In this document: in pieces, positions 58,119 to 64,000 of the stretch
How positions within the stretch are numbered: position 1 is the first letter of the stretch
Layout: each line of letters begins with the position of its first letter
DNA from: an uncultured virus (IMG/VR IMGVR_UViG_3300025391_000491)
Taxonomy: Duplodnaviria; Heunggongvirae; Uroviricota; Caudoviricetes
IMG/VR virus record: IMGVR_UViG_3300025391_000491
Length of the DNA: 64,000 nucleotides
Reading direction: 5' to 3' (one strand)
The notes under the pieces: generated by a model
The model's input: only the letters and a program-made list of their open reading frames with translations
The model's database searches: none
What the model was told of the DNA's origin: nothing
Translations under genes and position numbers: made by a program

Positions 58119-58622
58119 ATGAAAATATTAACACTAGACCAAAACCAATCATTCGATCTTGATCATCTGCCTGAAGAAGTGGATGACATGAGATTTGCCA
58201 TCCTGGACAACAGCAGTCCGTCCGATCCTGACTATCACTACATACCCTTGATCTTTCTTGAAAGTTTTACTGCTCCGGCCTTGGTACTACGCATTGGCGA
58301 AAATCGTGTGCGCATGCCCATGGACTGGCAGATCTTGATCGGTGAACCCGACCTGGGCGACCTTGAAGTGTTGCCGCTCACGGCCATCAATGATCGGGGA
58401 TTCAAGGCCTTCCAGTTCAATCCTATCAGCAGTTTCAGGCCCAGTTTCCTGGACATCGAGATACTGGATGTGTATCAGGAAGTGACCTGGTATGCGCCCA
58501 AGCTGAAAAATGGCCAGATGTTGTGTGTGCCGGTTGCCGAGGGCGAACGCCCGGACTGTGTGTACTTTGTCAAGGACATCAGTCGCAACTGCGAAATAGT
58601 TGATTACAATAAAGCCTGGTAA
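58119..58622 (+). CDS. Hypothetical beta-rich protein, possibly a degenerate Hint fold
   Basis: TGcTATACT at 58104-12, then ATG 6 nt later. Confidence 0.7.
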   Translation: MKILTLDQNQSFDLDHLPEEVDDMRFAILDNSSPSDPDYHYIPLIFLESFTAPALVLRIGENRVRMPMDWQILIGEPDLGDLEVLPLTAINDRGFKAFQFNPISSFRPSFLDIEILDVYQEVTWYAPKLKNGQMLCVPVAEGERPDCVYFVKDISRNCEIVDYNKAW

Positions 58623-58623
58623 C

Positions 58624-58920
58624 ATGGGAAATTTAAAACCTGGCGCAACCCTTATATACGAGCGTGTGGGCGATGTGGTCTATGAGCGAGAGTTCGGTGC
58701 CGATCCAGCCAAGCGGCGGGTGGTGGGTTGGGATCATGTCATGGATCCCACCTATGATCATTATGATCCCAGAACAAAGATCGACTCTGCGATAGATCGT
58801 CTGAGACAGGACCGGCTATGGGGAGAAATTCGGCGAGCCGCACAAGAAAATACCGCACTGCGAGATGTGTTGGATCAAGCCGTGGCAATATATCAATTGA
58901 GCAGGCCCAATGACAGATAA
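58624..58920 (+). CDS. Hypothetical protein
   Basis: Tightly packed ORF in operon. Confidence 0.7.
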   Translation: MGNLKPGATLIYERVGDVVYEREFGADPAKRRVVGWDHVMDPTYDHYDPRTKIDSAIDRLRQDRLWGEIRRAAQENTALRDVLDQAVAIYQLSRPNDR

Positions 58921-59815
58921 AGTCACGATTGAGATACACTCAGAAGGCGATGTATGGACCAATCGTGACAGCGTGATACAGCAATTGGGTACGGTCTCGG
59001 TTGATCAAGTGGTAATCATACATACCAGATTTGAAGGAATCAGTCTTGCAGCCTCCGGAGTGCTGGCAGTGTTGGGCGACTGGGTAGCGTCGACCGGGCG
59101 TGATCCCAGTACTGTGAAGGTCAATACTCCCAATCAGTACGAAACAATACCTTATCAGTTTGAAAATAACCCAACAGTTCCACACTTTTTCAAACCCAGC
59201 CTGCTAAAATACCACCGTGCATGTACCGCGATTGATCCTGACGCATCGTTGTTTGGACTGTTTGTTGGCAGATATACTGCCATGCGCAACACCATGGCCC
59301 GAGACATGCTCCATGGCTATTCGGATCATACTGTCATCAGCGTGATGAATACTCCTAGATTGGGAGCAACCAACTGGTGGGATCCCGAAGTGGAACAGAT
59401 CGGATCTTTAGACAATTTCGATCTGATGGATCATTACAATCATGTGGCCGATATCAGCCAGAGTCTATTACAGTTCTACGATCGTTTCCAGATTGAAATT
59501 GTGTCCGAAACTGTTACTCTAGGCGATTCATTTTTTCCTACCGAAAAGACCATACGTCCTATCGTGGGATCCAAACCATTCTTGTCTTATGCCACCCGAG
59601 GTTTCTTGTCTCGGTTGCGAGATCTTGGATTCCAGACTTTTGATAAATTATGGTCTGAGCACTACGATCAACTTGAAGGTGCTGACCGCTGGCATCAGAT
59701 CAAGATAGTCATAGACAGCATAATTGAGCAAGGGTACGATCGCAATCTGGCCAACAAGATAGTACAATACAACTATGCTCATCAAAAAACAATAACCAAT
59801 AGTAGACATGGATAA
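58910..59815 (+). CDS. Putative glycosyltransferase-like protein
   Basis: IEIVSET..FFPTEKT.RPI...KPF...L..LR.LGFQTF motif reminiscent of a GT-B C-terminal domain. Confidence 0.5.
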   Translation: MTDKVTIEIHSEGDVWTNRDSVIQQLGTVSVDQVVIIHTRFEGISLAASGVLAVLGDWVASTGRDPSTVKVNTPNQYETIPYQFENNPTVPHFFKPSLLKYHRACTAIDPDASLFGLFVGRYTAMRNTMARDMLHGYSDHTVISVMNTPRLGATNWWDPEVEQIGSLDNFDLMDHYNHVADISQSLLQFYDRFQIEIVSETVTLGDSFFPTEKTIRPIVGSKPFLSYATRGFLSRLRDLGFQTFDKLWSEHYDQLEGADRWHQIKIVIDSIIEQGYDRNLANKIVQYNYAHQKTITNSRHG

Positions 59816-60260
59816 ACTCTCAATAGCCAACGAGATGGCACAATTTGACAGCAAGAATAGACAGTTCTATGACCAGCTCGCAGACGACGAGCAAAAAAAA
59901 TTCAGCTCGTTTCTCATGATCAGGTGGGGCAGCACCGTGGCCGGCAGTCGGGCTCTACAAGAATTCTATCTTATTGCTACCAATCGGTTGCTGAACCGCA
60001 AATTTTCTGAAATAAGCACAGCCAAGCACAAAAAACTACAGTGGTTATTGGCCACCACAATAAGTCCAGGCATGGGCAATCAACGCCACGTCTGGATAGC
60101 GCCACGCAAGAAAACAGCCGGTGCCGGAACCATACGCAAGCAGTTGGCTGAACTGTTTCCTGACCGTCGTGATGACGAACTGGATTTATTGGCCCAGATA
60201 ACCACCCAGGCCGAACTGGATATATACTTGCGCGAACTAGGACAGGAGAAGAAAAAATGA
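59808..60260 (+). CDS. Probable clamp-loader small subunit (T4 gp62-like)
   Basis: Size; KKFS.FLMIRW.S; K.KKLQW; H.WI; replication context. Confidence 0.55.
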   Translation: MDKLSIANEMAQFDSKNRQFYDQLADDEQKKFSSFLMIRWGSTVAGSRALQEFYLIATNRLLNRKFSEISTAKHKKLQWLLATTISPGMGNQRHVWIAPRKKTAGAGTIRKQLAELFPDRRDDELDLLAQITTQAELDIYLRELGQEKKK

Positions 60261-60472
60261 TGGGATTTTTTAGACAAAAGCAGGTGGCCAAGGCACCAGC
60301 ATACAAGGCCATCACGTTTGGCGGCTGGCGCTACACACCACAACCAGATATCACTGCTTATGAACTGAGCCTCCTGGCTCCAGTGTTTGGCAACATCATG
60401 CACAGACAAGATATCAAACCCTACATCGAACAAAACAACCTTGTCAGACATTTCCAAATAGACGCCCAGTGA
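60257..60472 (+). CDS. Hypothetical protein
   Basis: ATGA/GTGA overlaps at both ends. Confidence 0.65.
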   Translation: MMGFFRQKQVAKAPAYKAITFGGWRYTPQPDITAYELSLLAPVFGNIMHRQDIKPYIEQNNLVRHFQIDAQ

Positions 60473-61140
60473 ACGTTTGTCAGTATTGCAAAAAACAATT
60501 TGTCAAGGAAACCAGCCTGGCTGTGCATGTGTGCGAGCCAAGACGCCGCAGACAGCAGCAGGATGAACCCGGAGTGAGATTGGGTTTCCAGGCCTACATC
60601 AAGTTCTACGAAATGACCCAAGGGTCGGCCCGACTCAAAAGCTACGATGATTTTGCCGACAGCCCGTATTATCGTGCCTTTGTCAAGTTTGGTCGATACT
60701 GTGTGGATACTCGGGTGATCAATCCTGAGCAGTTCATGCGATGGGTGCTCAAACAAAACAAAAAAATCGATCACTGGTGCAGCGACTCTGTGTACACTGA
60801 ATATCTCAGCCAATATCTTGTGCTGGAGAATGTGAACGATGCCATGGCACGAGCCATGGAATATGGACTGGCCTGGAGCGAGCGAACTGGCTATCCAGCT
60901 CATCACTGCCTGATGCATGGCAATGCCAATACCACTGTGCATGCTATCACAGCTGGACGAGTCAGTGCCTGGATCATATACAACTGTGCCAGTGGTCAGG
61001 AGTTCCTGGGCAATCTGGATAGCAGTCAGTTGACCATGATCTGGCCCTACATTGATTCGGATACATGGATGAAACGATTTGCAGATTATCCGGCCGATCA
61101 GGCCTATGTGAAAGAAATGCTACAGAAAGCCGGTTGGTGA
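60469..61140 (+). CDS. Hypothetical protein with N-terminal Zn finger
   Basis: CQYC..F.....L..H.C; translationally coupled to both neighbours. Confidence 0.7.
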   Translation: MNVCQYCKKQFVKETSLAVHVCEPRRRRQQQDEPGVRLGFQAYIKFYEMTQGSARLKSYDDFADSPYYRAFVKFGRYCVDTRVINPEQFMRWVLKQNKKIDHWCSDSVYTEYLSQYLVLENVNDAMARAMEYGLAWSERTGYPAHHCLMHGNANTTVHAITAGRVSAWIIYNCASGQEFLGNLDSSQLTMIWPYIDSDTWMKRFADYPADQAYVKEMLQKAGW

Positions 61141-61706
61141 TGAGCGCAGATATTGACATTGACCTAGCAGATAGAGATCAATTATTACAGTTGATCCAGG
61201 CAACACCAGCACGTCAAATGCATCAAGGTCAAGTGCGTAGACATAATAGCGGTGTGTATGTCACAGACATACCTCGTGATCCGATTAATCAGTGTGCGGC
61301 CATAGACTATGCGACAGCAGAATCGCGTGGTTATTTCAAGATCGATCTGCTGAATATGACTGTGTATCAACTGTTGAAAGATCAGGCACACTACGACAGC
61401 ATGTTGTCGCTAGAACCCAATTGGTCTCGCTTGTGGCGTGATCCTGAATGGGCTGGCCAATTGGTGCATGTGGGTAACTATACCGCGTTGCTGGAGCACA
61501 TGAGACCCGATTCGATACCCCGTATGGCTGCTTTTATTAGTATTATTAGACCGGGTAAAGCGCATTTACAGAATCAGCCCTGGGATCGAGTGTTTGAGTC
61601 AGTATGGGACGGTGATGATTCCAAGGGATTTGTATTCAAACGTAGCCACGCAATTTCTTATAGTGCGTTGGTTGCCCTGCATATGAATATCCTTTCAGAA
61701 AAATAA
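61140..61706 (+). CDS. Miniature DnaE (Pol III alpha)-like polymerase core, 188 aa
   Basis: ADIDID; HNSGVY; GYFKIDLL; IIRPG; FKRSHAISY, in DnaE order. Confidence 0.8.
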   Translation: MSADIDIDLADRDQLLQLIQATPARQMHQGQVRRHNSGVYVTDIPRDPINQCAAIDYATAESRGYFKIDLLNMTVYQLLKDQAHYDSMLSLEPNWSRLWRDPEWAGQLVHVGNYTALLEHMRPDSIPRMAAFISIIRPGKAHLQNQPWDRVFESVWDGDDSKGFVFKRSHAISYSALVALHMNILSEK

Positions 61707-61748
61707 CGCAATGGCTTTTTTTAAATAAATACTCGTATGGAGGTTTAT

Positions 61749-62423
61749 ATGGGAAGACCCAAAGGTAGTTTAAGCAAAATATCAAAAATACAATATCCAC
61801 GCAAATGCAATCATTGCGAGTATATGTCAAACACTCCGCAGATGTATTTTTATCACAAACAAACACACGAGCCAATACCTGCTAATACGTATTGCCATTT
61901 TGGTTGCGGCAATGTTGCGTTAGTTAAAAACACAGGAGGAAAATATACTTGTTTTAAAAAATGGTCTAATTGCCCTGAATATATCAACCAATTGTCATCA
62001 AGAACAAAGAACAGTTGGAAAGATGCAGATAACCGAAAAGAAAAAACCAGAGAAACTTTTTTACAACATTGTTGTGGTCAACCAGGTCCGCTTGCTAAAA
62101 TGAAAAAAACTAAAAGAAAAAAATCTGGATTACTTACGCCGTTGATTGCAAAAGATTATCGTCACTATGCAAGAGCTATACGAAAAAAAGCACAACACTG
62201 GGCAAAGGAGCAAGGATATGTATTAGGACAACAAACATATCATGTTGATCATAAGTTTAGTATTCTGGATGCATGGCACGCTGATTTAGCAGAAGCAATC
62301 GTAAATCATCCATCAAACTTACAAATTTTAGATGCAAAATTAAATAGCGGAAAAGGATCAAAGAGTAGTATCACCCTTGAAGAATTATTGTACAATATCA
62401 GTCAAGCCGACGCACCAGCGTGA
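61749..62423 (+). CDS. HNH homing endonuclease-like protein
   Basis: RBS ggagg; CxxC..H and CHFGCG Zn motifs; HVDHKFS...NLQIL...N..KG; AT-rich. Confidence 0.8.
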   Translation: MGRPKGSLSKISKIQYPRKCNHCEYMSNTPQMYFYHKQTHEPIPANTYCHFGCGNVALVKNTGGKYTCFKKWSNCPEYINQLSSRTKNSWKDADNRKEKTRETFLQHCCGQPGPLAKMKKTKRKKSGLLTPLIAKDYRHYARAIRKKAQHWAKEQGYVLGQQTYHVDHKFSILDAWHADLAEAIVNHPSNLQILDAKLNSGKGSKSSITLEELLYNISQADAPA

Positions 62424-62775
62424 TGCTTTTACGTTTGGTTTTTTTGCGTGCTATTTCGGCCAGACTGCATACAGGACCGTGTAGCACTGTAAGATCTTTG
62501 TTGATGAATGTTCTTAGACTGGGGCGGAACGGCTCCCATTCGGTCTTGAGGAATATGTTGATGGGAACACTTCGGTTGCTTTCCCACCACCATACATTGG
62601 CCAGTTCTAAAAATTTCTTTTTTTGTTCTAGATCCTGTATGGCACCAAAGTCATATATGGTGGTCACGACATCGTCTTGATTTTGTATGATGCCCACATA
62701 CTCGTTGGTGGCATACACGCACAAAGTTATAAAAGGGTATTTTTCGGCCAGCTGCGCAAAGATGTCGTTACCCAT
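62398..62775 (-). CDS. Hypothetical protein
   Basis: Minus-strand TAAATA at 62802-07; WWWESNR..PINIFL. Confidence 0.75.
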   Translation of the reverse strand: MGNDIFAQLAEKYPFITLCVYATNEYVGIIQNQDDVVTTIYDFGAIQDLEQKKKFLELANVWWWESNRSVPINIFLKTEWEPFRPSLRTFINKDLTVLHGPVCSLAEIARKKTKRKSITLVRRLD

Positions 62776-62862
62776 AAATATCGTATAAATCTATCATGAG
62801 ATATTTACCAAATTGCAACCATACCCAAATCATTGCCAACCCACCACTGATAAATAACATGC

Positions 62863-64000
62863 ATGTACTCAACACAACTATATCTTTATCAGCAGATCAC
62901 CCAGGTCGTGTGCTTGGACGACTCCGACAGTGCTGCATTTTCCTACAGGTATAATCCAGTGTACGCCAAGGTCCTGACCATAAACAAAGGTGTTGACAAT
63001 GTGCTGTTGTTTGAGTTCATCAACCAAAACGAAAAACCGGTCAACATAACCGGTAGCACATTTATTTTTCGCGTGATCAATACCCAAGGCGACACTGTGT
63101 TGATCGAACAGCCTTTGGTTACATTGAATGCAGCCACCGGCCGTGCCAAGGTCACCCTGTCGGCTTCGGACCTACTGGAAGTGTTGGCACAGCCTGCATA
63201 CTACAGCCTGACTCGCACCAGTGGCAATCTCACTGAACCGGTTTTTGTTGATGCACAATCAGGCGGTCGTGCACCATTGACTATTGCGGATTCGGTGTTG
63301 CCACAGTATACTCCCAGCCGTCCGCTTACCATACCCACTACCAAGATTTCTGCACAAGGCAGTCCAGACGGCACCAGCGTGGCCAATGCTTCTTACAACG
63401 ACTGGTACTGGAACGGTAACCCCAATGGCGCCAACTACTGGAACAGTTTTGCCATAACCGAATTTTACAGCAGTTTTGTCAAGCCCACACAGGCCATAAC
63501 CACGGTACAGATGACTTTGGATCACTATACCGGCACTATCAAGGCCCAGGCAGCACAGGACTACGAAGCAGTGCCGTTTAATGTGACTGAAAGTGTCACC
63601 TATCTCAACTATACCGGAACCATCTACCATAACATCGTAGGCTGGTATCCGCTGGTACGCATGTGTTTTAACAACAGCATATTTGCTGTGCCCAACGGGC
63701 AAGGCGTCCCAGCCAACGCCTATGCCTACTGTGTAAACGGTCAGGTTGAAAGCATCACGATCCAAAATGCCGGTCGCGGCTACCTGGCTCCGCCCAAGAT
63801 CAACATCATTGGTGAAGGATCGGGTGCCCAAGCCGAAGCCACCATAGATGACACTGGTGCGATTGCATCAATCACGGTGACCAATCCGGGATCAGGCTAT
63901 TGGTTGGTGCCCAATGCTGGTATCAACACTCCGTATTATCCGGTGGCACCCAACAATCAAGGTGCCATGGTCATAATCAGCACCGGATATGTGGTGGACC
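62863..64000 (+). CDS. Virion/baseplate structural protein, truncated by the window end (absent from ORF track)
   Basis: TAAATA at 62851; MYSTQLYLYQQ...KGVDN.L.F.F.NQ..KPVNITG; ITVTNPGSGY-type repeats near the end. Confidence 0.75.
   Translation, partial: MYSTQLYLYQQITQVVCLDDSDSAAFSYRYNPVYAKVLTINKGVDNVLLFEFINQNEKPVNITGSTFIFRVINTQGDTVLIEQPLVTLNAATGRAKVTLSASDLLEVLAQPAYYSLTRTSGNLTEPVFVDAQSGGRAPLTIADSVLPQYTPSRPLTIPTTKISAQGSPDGTSVANASYNDWYWNGNPNGANYWNSFAITEFYSSFVKPTQAITTVQMTLDHYTGTIKAQAAQDYEAVPFNVTESVTYLNYTGTIYHNIVGWYPLVRMCFNNSIFAVPNGQGVPANAYAYCVNGQVESITIQNAGRGYLAPPKINIIGEGSGAQAEATIDDTGAIASITVTNPGSGYWLVPNAGINTPYYPVAPNNQGAMVIISTGYVVD

Noticed and set aside
63259..63831. 190-aa minus-strand ORF
   Set aside because: It is antisense to the + strand structural gene starting at 62863, which the ORF track missed because it runs off the window.
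1..64000. tRNA or rRNA genes
   Set aside because: No cloverleaf/T-loop or rRNA signatures noticed in the short intergenic regions; a tRNAscan-SE run would be needed to exclude them.

Overview
64 kb from a large T4-like myovirus genome (standard genetic code, mostly + strand). In order it holds: an HNH/NUMOD3 homing endonuclease; small accessory genes (pirin, TPR-glycosyltransferase); a ~17 kb cluster of Gly/Asn/Thr-rich fibre genes; a carbohydrate-modification block; Nudix, neck and tail-completion genes; an exonuclease, HNH and dNMP kinase; tail sheath and tube; head completion nuclease and terminases; a set of probable capsid-internal modular proteins; and a replication/recombination block (SSB, UvsX, UvsY, AAA ATPase, UvsW, clamp-loader-like subunit). 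The most notable observations are: (1) uvsW is fractured by a naturally split intein inside the DECH motif, with a late-promoter/hairpin-controlled PD-(D/E)XK endonuclease between the halves; (2) a 188-aa miniature DnaE-like polymerase core; (3) polyprotein-like internal head proteins built from modules bounded by hydrophobic-X-Glu sites and a conserved AAGGTGT(G/C)GC(G/A)GAAG junction, including an exact 201-bp duplication; (4) a repeating fibre/adaptor/fibre gene pattern; (5) candidate structured RNA leaders (three-way junction, gene-32-type pseudoknot) and many apparently leaderless genes. All calls come from motif recognition by eye; no database searches were run.
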